Shown: one piece after another, positions 14,576 to 26,800 of the stretch | How the letters are laid out: each line of letters opens with the position of its first letter | Numbering within the stretch: position 1 is the first letter of the stretch | Source of the DNA: Paraspadella gotoi | Lineage: Eukaryota; Animalia; Chaetognatha | Reading direction: 5' to 3' | Length of the DNA: 64,000 bases | Assembly: GCA_051294375.1 (NCBI GenBank) | Contig: CM119270.1 | Location: 11,662,416 to 11,726,415 of the forward strand | Notes under the pieces: generated by a model | Databases searched by the model: none | What the model was told of the DNA's origin: nothing | The model's input: the letters and a program-made list of their open reading frames with translations, nothing else | Program-made: the position numbers and the translations under genes

Positions 14576-14812
14576 TCGGGCATGGTATGAGTTCACCCCG
14601 CCTATAAGTATGACACCTTCATTCGTGAGTAAAAGCCAACAGCTCATGACCACAAGTCAACGGATTCAACTGAAACCCACTACCTATCCTGTGGGAAGCC
14701 TTGGGGGCCTGGAAAAGCCAGGTTCCAAGCCCAGGACCCGTTCCATAGCTGCTGAGGGGGAACAGAAAGTACGGATAGTAGTCTTCAGCCCACTTAGCGC
14801 CTTATCCACAAA
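14576..14812 (-). mobile_element. Possible second SINE-like element
   Basis: A ~240-bp balanced-GC, CpG-poor block in AT-rich flanks. The minus strand begins with A-box-like ggcgctaagtgg and later has weak B-box-like gggcttggaacc. It is single-copy in this window. Confidence 0.3.
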
Positions 14813-17800
14813 CTTCTCGAAATAGTATTTAATAAATTGTAAATAAACTTCATTTTTTACTTCCTGCATATGTGATTAATAAAAAAAATATATCTTGTAT
14901 TTCATAATAAGTACACCATCAACTGAAATGATTCGATGATCTTAAGAAATCCTCAGCTCCCAACTTCACCGCCCGCCGTGACGTCATTGAGAAAACAGCG
15001 AAAGAAAAAACAACTCGTTTTCTTCCCGCGCGAATCTCCTCCTCTCGACGTTACAGGGCACATGCGATAGAGAGTTCCGGTCTCATTCGCATGCAGCACT
15101 CTCAGTCGCACGCTGCGAACCCCTCGCACGCAGTTCACACGACGCACGCATCACAATCGTTGCGCGCAATGGTTTCGCGCACGTAAACATAATCAACACG
15201 GAAGGCGTAGAGTTTATCTTCTTTCTCCGATCTCAACTCGCACGCCCTTTTGATAAGGCGGCGTCATCAGCGATCGTTGATGAGGTCATCAGCGACATCC
15301 GCCGGCGCTGCCGCCGCCGCAGCAGCCGCCTCTGCAGCCTCCCTCCCTCGTTACCTCCTGTTTTTCCCCAGCCTCAACAACATCAGTTTACCGTCTAAAA
15401 ACGCTTTACCATCTCACGATGACAGCTTTAGACCAATCCTAATCACCACTTTATCCACTTTCATCACCATCTGAATCACCCAAATCACCTCCAGGATTCT
15501 CACTCACCTACCCTTCCTTCCCGTTCAAGGTAACGCGATGCAATCTTGAGTTGGACCACTCGCAANNNNNNNNNNNNNNNNNNNNNNNNNNNNNNNNNNN
15601 NNNNNNNNNNNNNNNNNNNNNNNNNNNNNNNNNNNNNNNNNNNNNNNNNNNNNNNNNNNNNNNNNNNNNNNNNNNNNNNNNNNNNNNNNNNNNNNNNNNN
15701 NNNNNNNNNNNNNNNNNNNNNNNNNNNNNNNNNNNNNNNNNNNNNNNNNNNNNNNNNNNNNNNNNNNNNNNNNNNNNNNNNNNNNNNNNNNNNNNNNNNN
15801 NNNNNNNNNNNNNNNNNNNNNNNNNNNNNNNNNNNNNNNNNNNNNNNNNNNNNNNNNNNNNNNNNNNNNNNNNNNNNNNNNNNNNNNNNNNNNNNNNNNN
15901 NNNNNNNNNNNNNNNNNNNNNNNNNNNNNNNNNNNNNNNNNNNNNNNNNNNNNNNNNNNNNNNNNNNNNNNNNNNNNNNNNNNNNNNNNNNNNNNNNNNN
16001 NNNNNNNNNNNNNNNNNNNNNNNNNNNNNNNNNNNNNNNNNNNNNNNNNNNNNNNNNNNNNNNNNNNNNNNNNNNNNNNNNNNNNNNNNNNNNNNNNNNN
16101 NNNNNNNNNNNNNNNNNNNNNNNNNNNNNNNNNNNNNNNNNNNNNNNNNNNNNNNNNNNNNNNNNNNNNNNNNNNNNNNNNNNNNNNNNNNNNNNNNNNN
16201 NNNNNNNNNNNNNNNNNNNNNNNNNNNNNNNNNNNNNNNNNNNNNNNNNNNNNNNNNNNNNNNNNNNNNNNNNNNNNNNNNNNNNNNNNNNNNNNNNNNN
16301 NNNNNNNNNNNNNNNNNNNNNNNNNNNNNNNNNNNNNNNNNNNNNNNNNNNNNNNNNNNNNNNNNNTCGTCGATCAAAACGAACTCCGAAATCGTCAGAT
16401 CCGTTTCCTTCTCTTCACCATCTCTTCCCATCTCTCCCCACTCTCTTTGCATCTCTCCCTCGTTTCTTCCCATCTCTTCCACCTCAAAATTGATTCCCCC
16501 TTTTCACATCAAACTTTGTCGAGCTCTCCTCCCCTTTTCCGTCGACAAATCCCAAAATAACAAAATTCGAATCACAATGACAGAGAGAGAGAGAGAGGAG
16601 AGATAGAGGAGAGAGTGAAATATTGGAGAAGGAGAAGGAGAGGGCAGAGGAGTGAAGAGCCGGAGCTGAAGATAAAAGCGGAGAGGAGTAGAAGAGAGAG
16701 AAGAGGAGGAGAAGGAAGAGAGAGAGGAGAATATGAGGAAAATCGGGATGGACGAGAGTGAAAAGTGTAAGGAAGAGGAGAAGGTAGAGACGGGAAGAGT
16801 TGAGATGAGAACGGGAGCGGATAACAGAGATGATTGTAGACAGGATCCGTAGAGGTAGAGAGAGAGATGAGGAGACGAAGAGGGGCGAGGCAACGAGCTG
16901 AGAGGAGATACGAGCGAAAGAGAAGAGGGAAGTATCAATAAGGAGAGAAGATGCGTGTGTAGTAAGGCGCGATCAGAGGCAGGAAAGTAAGCGAGGGGGA
17001 GGAGAGAGTTAAGGAGAGAGAGAGAGAAGCAGAGAGAGAGAGATATTTGCGAAAATGTTCGCGATCGAAATCTCAATTTCCTCTTTTGCGAGTCTCGCGT
17101 TGGGTACGAAGAGGAGGAGGGGGTTAACGACGACGACGACGACGACAAAGACGAAGGAGAAGATTCTGAGGACGGAGAAGAAAATGACGATAAACGATGA
17201 AGACGACGACTGTTTACGACGAGAAGACGTCGCGGTCGTCGACCCTGTTCCTAAATATGAGAATGTTCTATCTAGAAAATTTGAGTATAACTTATTCAGT
17301 TATCTGTGTAACTAAGATACGTAGTTTCAAATGAACGACAGAGAGAGAGAAAGTTGTTTCTGATGACGGTGAAGATTGTTACAATGTCGAAGAGGACGTA
17401 AAGATTCGAAATGTGTTTACAAAACAAAATTGTCACAACTCCTTAATGTTATTTTAACTTCCTTTTCTATCTTTGTGATACTTCGATACTAATAGTAAAA
17501 CCGTAAATAAGCTTTTTGGAAGAACTTCAGGGAATCTTGGCAATTAGCTGAAGTTTAAACAAATACAGTTCGCTGTCCGGAGTCGTACTAAACTTAAAAT
17601 ACAGCAAGCTAAACAAATAACAACAACAACAAACAACAATGACTAGATTGACCAGTTGGTCCGAGAGTACGACCAAATGGACGAAAGTGCAAGGACTCAA
17701 ACGAAAGAGGGACGACCACAATCGACCACTCTCCTCGCCCACAATGCCCCCACATTCCTAGACCGACCGACCTGTTCCCCTCGTCCCCTCAAAAAAGTGT

Positions 17801-17946
17801 GGGGGTTAAATGTCGCCGATGAAATTACATGAATAATGTAAGACTCGGTTTTTGGAGGATCGAGTCGGAGAGAGGGGAGAGAGAGAGAGAGAGCGAGAGC
17901 GAGAGGGTGAGGGATTCCTTAGGATTTCTCGTTGATTGACGCACCT

Positions 17947-18030
17947 GAGTCTCGGCGAGTCTCGGATGACAGATGTCAGTCGAGTCTCCGGTGACAGATG
18001 TCAGGCGAGTCTAGGATGACAGATGTCGAA
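17947..18030 (+). repeat. 25-bp tandem repeat x3 containing TGACAGATGTCA
   Basis: TGACAGATGTC occurs at 17967, 17992 and 18017. Confidence 0.9.
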
Positions 18031-21000
18031 TAACGGAAGATGGATGTCAGACGATGACGGACTAGAGTCTCGACCGAATCCAAACGACGGTGAAATTCAA
18101 AATTGTCTTCAGAAAAAAAAAAAAGGCGCAGACTAATTTTCCACCTTCGATAGACAGACGCTTATTCCTGAGGCCGAAATGTTGTTAAATTGATTTTTGC
18201 ACAAGATCGTATTTTTCTGTTTTAACCGATGTACAGTTTTCTATGGTTTCTATTAATCTAATGTCGGTTTTGATTCGTTTTAAATTCGTTGACTTTTAAT
18301 TTCCTCCTTTTTTTGTTTCAATCGCTCTTTTCATAGGCCGAGTGTTTGTTTACTTTTTCTTTCGCTGAGATTTGTTTTCTATCCCTTTCCATCGGCGGCG
18401 CTCGCGTCGCTCTTTTTTTTTCACGTGGGAGAAGAAAACAAAATGGCGTCGCGGTTGATCTCGGAAAAGCAGAGGCGCTTGGGGAGAGAAGTAGAAAAAC
18501 GGGGTAAGTGAGTGAAAGAAAAAGGGAAAATTAAGAAAGTGAAAGAAATAAAAAAAGAAGTGAAAAGGAAGAAATCGATTAAGTGTGATGAACACTAAAA
18601 GAAGATTGGAAAAGTAAAAAAAATGCACTGGACACTGGTATAATCAGAAGTGCTTAAGAATTTATACTTAATTGGTAATAAAAAAAAATAATATTTGATC
18701 ATCGGCAAGTCTGAAAGATGCACGATAAGTCTTTAAAAGTTTAACGTTATTAGTTGAGCGAAGTCATTTTAAGATTAATGATGATAGCGCGAGTCTGGAG
18801 AAACAGGTGTTTTATGGGGATGAAAAATAATAGTCGTTGGCAATGGGCTCTCAAGAGGAAAAAATGACAAGGGTTCCCATTGAATGAGTGGAAAAAACAC
18901 TAGATGAGGCGCGATAAAAATAAAACGCCAGAAAGAGTCGAAGCGGGCGGAATTTCGCGGCAGAAATAGACTTTCTTAAGGAAAAAAAATCACCAACGAA
19001 GCGATTTGATATTCGTGGAGAAAAGAATCACAAAATCATTTTAACATAACAAACAGAGGCGTATAGCGTATAGTTTTTTTTTTTAAGATCCAAAATTTAT
19101 CCAAAATATCGTTACTTTTTTACATGAATTTTTCTTTTTGCATTTGAAAACGCTTTTTGCAATATAAAAATCTTGCACGAAATCCAAAAACTAAATTAGA
19201 TTTCAAGTAGATTTAACCCATTTGCTTGAAAACCTCTCTCCATGCAGTTGCTTCGCCCAACAATAGAACTTAACGGGAACAAAGAGAGATAAAGAAATAG
19301 CTGGTTCAGGGAAAAATTCAAGAGGACAGTGGAGTAAGGCGGATAAATGAAGGTGAATTATAAAGTGAGAATGGAGTGAAGAGGAAAGATAGAAAAAATA
19401 GAGGGAATCACGTGAAGACAGAAATTTCAAAATAAGGAAAGAGATAAACAAAAAAAAACGAGACCGGTAATTACTACTTTGTATTAATGCAATTCATTAA
19501 AAATTAACTCCGTGACAAATGGCGCGAAACGCTCCAGACAAGCTCGACAACCGCTAGATGGACCGCGTACCATAACTCCCGAGGCCGTGTCGCCCTGCAC
19601 GCTAAATCCTACATACGCGGTCGAGGGTTAGGGCGCCGCCTGCCGTGCGTCTTAGGAGATGCTCGAGGTGTTGTGTGTTCGCAATCCTCCCGCCCAACTC
19701 CATTCCTCTCTTCATTCTCTCTCTCTTCCTCTTCCTCGTCTCACCTCTCTCCTCCTCTCTCTCTCTCTCCGTCTCTCTCTCTCTCCTCCTTCTCTCTCCT
19801 CCCTCTCCTCAAATTACGAAACACCAAGTCGAATTCCCCGGAGGGAACGAGAAACAGAGTTAATTGAAAATCGAAACGAACTGCAGTCAACTCCGTATGT
19901 CTAGTATTTGTTCCGTTATAACGAACCTACTTGGAATCCCGAGATTGAGAGAAGAGATAATTCAGAAATCAATGTAATCCAACAATAAGAGTAAATAAGG
20001 GTTGTGATTCAAATTGTACTTTTGACCGAACCGAGGAATTAATCAAAATAAAAAAAATATTGTTTTCTATTTTTTCTATTTCTTTGTGTATTTTTTTTCA
20101 CGTCATCAACGACTAAACTCTTTTCAAGCAAAAAAAAAAAAAAATCAAGTCACACAAAAGAATCGGTTTTCCCGATCGGCTTTCGCTTTCCGGCGAATCG
20201 ACTTTTCCGATCGGTTGTATTCAACACATTTTAATCTCGTTCGTCGTCTTCGGTGATTTCGATCAAAACTTCGGTCGTGATTCCTTTCAACAGTTTTTCC
20301 CTTGAGTCTCATCAGCAGCTCTGGCCTGGAAGCAAAGTTGAATATCACGATTTTAATCACAGACGTGATTCGTGAATTCAATCCCGAAGTTAATCAGCAT
20401 CATGGATGTCGATTCCAATAGAGAGAGCAAGTTTTATTAGCATTAATTTCTATTCTCATTTTCTACCGTTATTCCAGTACGTTTAGTGGACCATATTTTA
20501 AGCGAGCTCGGTTTAAATCCAATCAGCGTTGATTACAATCATCGGTTTTTTTGGTTGGATGCCAATCAGCGGGTTGGATATGATTACCATCATCAGAGTT
20601 GGAGTTGTTTTCAATCAGTCGCCTTTTGCTTTGATACCAATCAGCGATGAATTCAAAGAAAAAAAATAAGAAAAAATGCCGTCGGTTTTCGTCGAATCAG
20701 ATTTTGAGTAAAAAAGGAAAAAAAAAGACGAATTCCGATTTTGAGGGAGAAAATCCAAGGAAAGGAAGATGCGAGTCAGAGAAGAAAAAGAAAGAAAGAA
20801 AAAAAAGGATTAAAAAAAAAAGGAAAGGAATAGAAAGCATAGGAATAGAAGACGAGGGAAATGGAAAAAAAAAGGACAAAAGAACAAGAAAAGAAAGAAA
20901 AAAGGACAGAAAAGAAGAAAATTTTCATTAAAGAAATAAATAAAAGAGAATATGTCAAGCAAAGATAAACAGAAAGGAAATAACTGTGAAGAAAAACGAG

Positions 21001-21177
21001 AGAAAAAAATTGTTAGAACAAAACGAAGAAATGAGCGAGAGATAAGAAAGCCGGGAAAAAGCGGGATGTAGAGAACAAAGCGAAAAACAACAAAAACAAA
21101 AAACAACAACCGAAAATCGTTTTGCATCAAAAAACCAAGACGAATGACAAAAACCGCGAGAGAGAGAGAGAGAGAGC

Positions 21178-21236
<59 letters not shown>

Positions 21237-21843
21237 GAAAAGAGAGAGAGAGTGAAGAGAGAGAGAAGAGAGAGGACAGTAAAAATGGAGGAAAGAAGGA
21301 AGAAATGGAGAAAAGAAAAGGAGCGCTCCGCCAGCTTCGACTCACGTGAACCGAGAGGAAAAACGTTGGCGCGAGACGACGACGCGGTTCGTGAGACGCG
21401 AGGGGGAAGAGGAGGAGGAAGAGGAAGAGGAAAGAAGTGAATCAGGAGGTGAGAGAACAGGAGGCGCGAGAAGAGAGGAAAGAAAATATGAGGAGAGACA
21501 TGCTGGGAGGATAATGAAAAGAAGAAAAGAGGGAAAGAGGGATGGATTGAAATGGAGAGAGGAAAGATGATAATTGGAAAGGAAAAAGAGATAGAAGAAA
21601 TTAAGAAAGGAGGAAAGGAATGAAATGAGGAGAAAGAAAGAAAGAAATTAAAAGGAAAGAAAAGGCTAAGGATTAGTTAGGAAATGTGTGAATGAATCAA
21701 ACCTTCATCGATTCTTTTTTCAATATTCAATCCATCGGTCGACAATTAATTGCAAAATTGAATTTTCGTAATTCCTTAATCTAAGTGTCACAGCAGGTCT
21801 GAGATTTAGCGATTAGGTGCTTTACAAATTTCCATCAGAGAAG

Positions 21844-21954
<111 letters not shown>

Positions 21955-22378
21955 CCTATATTTCTTAATTTCTTTAGTATTCACGAGACCCAGTTCACCA
22001 TCGGAGTTCATTCCATTTGTCACGACGGTCCATTACTTCTGTCTCTCTCGCACGTTTCTTCACAACTCATCACATAACATGGCAACTTTACATTGCAACA
22101 TGTAAAATTATAATTTCACTCGTCAATTTCAATACATTCATTCGAAATCAGAGTTACGCCAGTTTTCATTCTTCACTGAATATCGACTGTCAGTTTGACG
22201 GTGCAATCGACGGACAGAATCACTTCACTTCACACTGAATTCACGTTTCACACTCTCCTCGAATTCTAGGGATTCACATTTTTTCCTTTGATAAAAAATC
22301 TTTTTTTTCTCAGGTATCTTCTCCTCACGGGCTCTCATTCACACGATCCACAAGTTCCCTTCTCTCTCTCTCTCGTCT

Positions 22379-22416
<38 letters not shown>

Positions 22417-23884
22417 ATCTCTCTCTCTTCTCTCATCTCTCTCTCTCGCTCTCTCTCGCTTCTCTCCCCTCTGCTTCTCTCTTTAGGATAGTTATTCGTC
22501 AAACCCCTATTTTTACTCTCTTTCTTTCTCTCTTTCATTTTCTCTCTTCCTCTTTCCTCTTCTTCCTTTCCTAAAAAAAAAAGAGGTAATATTTCGCCAA
22601 AACGGTTTGGGTTTTTCGGTGATCTGGCGATCACATCTGGTTCCAGAACTCATTCACACATTTTCGCCTTTCAAAGCTAAGGGAAGGGGGCGGAGGGGAA
22701 AGGGGCACGTGACGATTGAGGGAGAGAGACAAGACGAGGGGGAAAAAAATCGTTCCTTGTCAAAAGTTTGAGTTTTGTGAATAAGAAAGTTAAACAGATG
22801 TTCTGAGAAGAAGCAGAGAGGAACCGACACTGCAAACATTTATGCGCGCTGAGCTCTTTTCTGGTTGAAAAATAGAATGCATAAANNNNNNNNNNNNNNN
22901 NNNNNNNNNNNNNNNNNNNNNNNNNNNNNNNNNNNNNNNNNNNNNNNNNNNNNNNNNNNNNNNNNNNNNNNNNNNNNNNNNNNNNNNNNNNNNNNNNNNN
23001 NNNNNNNNNNNNNNNNNNNNNNNNNNNNNNNNNNNNNNNNNNNNNNNNNNNNNNNNNNNNNNNNNNNNNNNNNNNNNNNNNNNNNNNNNNNNNNNNNNNN
23101 NNNNNNNNNNNNNNNNNNNNNNNNNNNNNNNNATCGTAAAAACAATTACTGGAAATTGACTAAAAATAATGACATCGAAAAAAGATGATGACTTCCAACT
23201 GACAAACAAGAAAAATTTTTAAATGTCCGGTTATCGTCATTTTTTCTCGTATTTCGACTGAAGGCGAACCGTGTGACAAGATCACTAACTTTATATTATA
23301 TCATTACATTATCTTTTTATTAATATAANNNNNNNNNNNNNNNNNNNNNNNNNNNNNNNNNNNNNNNNNNNNNNNNNNNNNNNNNNNNNNNNNNNNNNNN
23401 NNNNNNNNNNNNNNNNNNNNNNNNNNNNNNNNNNNNNNNNNNNNNNNNNNNNNNNNNNNNNNNNNNNNNNNNNNNNNNNNNNNNNNNNNNNNNNNNNNNN
23501 NNNNNNNNNNNNNNNNNNNNNNNNNNNNNNNNNNNNNNNNNNNNNNNNNNNNNNNNNNNNNNNNNNNNNNNNNNNNNNNNNNNNNNNNNNNNNNNNNNNN
23601 NNNNNNNNNNNNNNNNNNNNNNNNNNNNNNNNNNNNNNNNNNNNNNNNNNNNNNNNNNNNNNNNNNNNNNNNNNNNNNNNNNNNNNNNNNNNNNNNNNNN
23701 NNNNNNNNNNNNNNNNNNNNNNNNNNNNNNNNNNNNNNNNNNNNNNNNNNNNNNNNNNNNNNNNNNNNNNNNNNNNNNNNNNNNNNNNNNNNNNNNNNNN
23801 NNNNNNNNNNNNNNNNNNNNNNNNNNNNNNNNNNNNNNNNNNNNNNNNNNNNNNNNNNNNNNNNNNNNNNNNNNNNNNNNNNNN

Positions 23885-26800
23885 ATCGTCAAAGATTCGT
23901 TCCACTGTTTCCTCTTTGTTTTCTGTCTTTCTGTCTCTAATTTTTTATCTTTTTTCCTATTTTTCTTTCTCTCTTTCTTTTTATCTTTTTCGATATTTTT
24001 CTTTCTATCTTTCNNNNNNNNNNNNNNNNNNNNNNNNNNNNNNNNNNNNNNNNNNNNNNNNNNNNNNNNNNNNNNNNNNNNNNNNNNNNNNNNNNNNNNN
24101 NNNNNNNNNNNNNNNNNNNNNNNNNNNNNNNNNNNNNNNNNNNNNNNNNNNNNNNNNNNNNNNNNNNNNNNNNNNNNNNNNNNNNNNNNNNNNNNNNNNN
24201 NNNNNNNNNNNNNNNNNNNNNNNNNNNNNNNNNNNNNNNNNNNNNNNNNNNNNNNNNNNNNNNNNNNNNNNNNNNNNNNNNNNNNNNNNNNNNNNTAAAA
24301 ATCTTTGATGCGAAAATTGAATGAAGCTAATCCGGATTTAATGATGATTTTAGTCGCTTTTTTAACTGCCGCGCGAGGAGTGGGTGGAAGCGTCGAGCTG
24401 GCCGGGTCCCAAAAGCCTTCGAATCAAAAAGTTTTATTTACCGAAATGATAAAAACCAAAACATTATTCTTTCTGCCGTGATAACCGCATTTAAAGAAAA
24501 CTATTATTCCTCAGGCTTTACATTTACGAGCTTGTAAAGCCCTTTTTATAAGTATATTTGGTTATTCTTTGTTTTGCTTAGTGGGCGCTTTTTTTTTCTT
24601 TTTTTTTATGTTTTTTCTTCCGCTCGGAGCGACTTTGTGTTTTTCTTCCATTTTTCTTTTGTTTTTGTTTTCTCGAGAAGTTTTCCTTGTTTTTTAAAAC
24701 TTCTATCGTTCCATCTCGAGACTTCCTCATTTCCTGGCAATTTCTCGTTTGTATCTTTTTGTTTACATCGACTTATNNNNNNNNNNGGAATTCTCCGCTC
24801 GGGAGTCGAGGGCCGTTTGAGCGGGAAGCCACTAGAGGGCCATTCGCTAAAACGTCCCGCGTTGGAGATCAAAACCTTTTTTCCCTTTTTTCAACTCTTC
24901 TCTTTTTTCTTTTTCTTTTTTCCATTTTTAGTATTTATCATTAGCGAATCGAGTCGAAGGCTCGTGAAACGTCCCCGGCCGACATTCAGCGTAATTAAGG
25001 AGATACTTTTCTTTGACGAAGAGTAAGTTTTAAATTATATAGAGTCACTTCGCCAACCCGATGGGAATCGGGACCATTCTCCTTGTTGTTGTCGTTGGTA
25101 AAAATTTAAACTTGAAACTGACACTTCGTTCTTTGCCAAGCCGAGAACTCGTGACCTTTTAATCCAATTGAACTTACCTCCAAGAATCACAAGGGAAGTA
25201 AAGAGCGTTTTTCTTCCGCAACCCTTACCCAAACCAGCCACCCCTTCCCCCTCTCTTCGGCCTCCCCAATCCCCGCGTCGTAAAAAAAATAAAAGAAGAA
25301 AAAGAAAAAGAATTTTATTTCCCCTCATTTTGTTCTTGACTTCGGACTTAAATTGTGAAGGAAAGAAATGGCGCCAATTTCGGTGAAACAATCATCTTTA
25401 TTATTCTCTAATCGTCAAAGATTCGTTCCACTGTTTCCTCTTTGTTTTCTATCTTTTTTTTTATCTTTTTTGCTATTTTTCTTTCTCTATTTCTTTTTAT
25501 CTTTTTCGATATTTTTCTTTCTATCTTTCNNNNNNNNNNNNNNNNNNNNNNNNNTTTTTTATCTTTCTTTCTAACCTTCTCTTTCTTTCTTTCCTGTCTC
25601 AATTTTAGTCTCTTCTTTTTTTTCCCTTTTTTTCTTTGAAAATCTTTGATTGGCGAAAATTGATAGATAATCCGGCTTTAATGATGATTGTTTAGTTTCG
25701 TTTTTCATTAACTCCTGCGCGACAGTGGGTGCAAGCGTCGAGCTGGCCGCGGTCCCAAAACGCCTTCAGATATCAAAAAAAAAGTTTTCATTTCCGCAAA
25801 CATGATAAATAATCCAAAAACATTATTCTTTCTGGGCCGTATACTCGCAAATTATAGAAACTATTAATTCCTCAGGCTTTACATTTTACGCAGCTTGTAC
25901 AAGCCCTTTTTTATAAAGTACATTGGTTATTGCTTGTTTGTAGCTAAAGTGGGCCGCTTTTTTTTCTTTTTTTTTTATGTTTTTTTCTTCCGCTCGAGCG
26001 AACTTTGGTGTTTTTCTTCCATTTTTTTATTTTGTTTTTGTTTTCTCGAGAAGCTTTTTCCTTGTTTTATAAAAAAACTTCTATCGTTCCATGCTCGAAG
26101 CTTCCTTCATTTCTCTGGCAATTTCTCGTTTGTAATTTTTTGTTTTACATCGACTTAAATAATACGCTCTTTTATTTTTATCTTCTCTCTCTCTCTCTCT
26201 TTACCGGTATCTCTATTTCTTTTTTTCCTTTCATTTCCCACGTCCAGACTACTGCCGGCCCCTCGTCTGTCCGGCGCCGTGTCGCGATCCGGGCGCCCTG
26301 GTTCGGTCCGACTCCGGGCTCTCTCCTGTCGCTCGCGCTGGGATGGGTCGGACATCTCTCCAAACTTCTCTCTTCGGGGGCTTCATACTTCATCACTCTC
26401 TCTTCTCTATCTCCCCTCTCCTATTCCCACCTCGCCTCCCATCCGCCTCCATCTCCGTCCCATTTTTTTATTCCGTTTTTATCTTTTTCTACGGGAGGCT
26501 CACTCTGTGCAAGCGGGGGCATAATAATAATGTAAGCAAGAATGATATCCTGGGAACTAAAAGGTGAATTATACGGATATCGGGGAATAAAATCCGTCTT
26601 ATGAACTGATCGACTTATAAGAAAGCCCAAGAAGACTGCTGGGACGTCCATCGAATGGTTCCTCTTTCGTCAGGAAGAGAAGAGAGAGAGAGGAGAGAGA
26701 GAGAAGAGATCAAGAGAGAGTATGGAAGAGAGAGAGAGAAGAGACGAGAGGAGATGAGAGGAGAAGAACCGAGAGAGAGAGCAGAAGAGAAGACTGCGAG

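Noticed and set aside
11275-16606. Long ORFs of 275-434 aa in the ORF track
   Set aside because: They consist almost entirely of N-gap translation. The same applies to 22790-24308.
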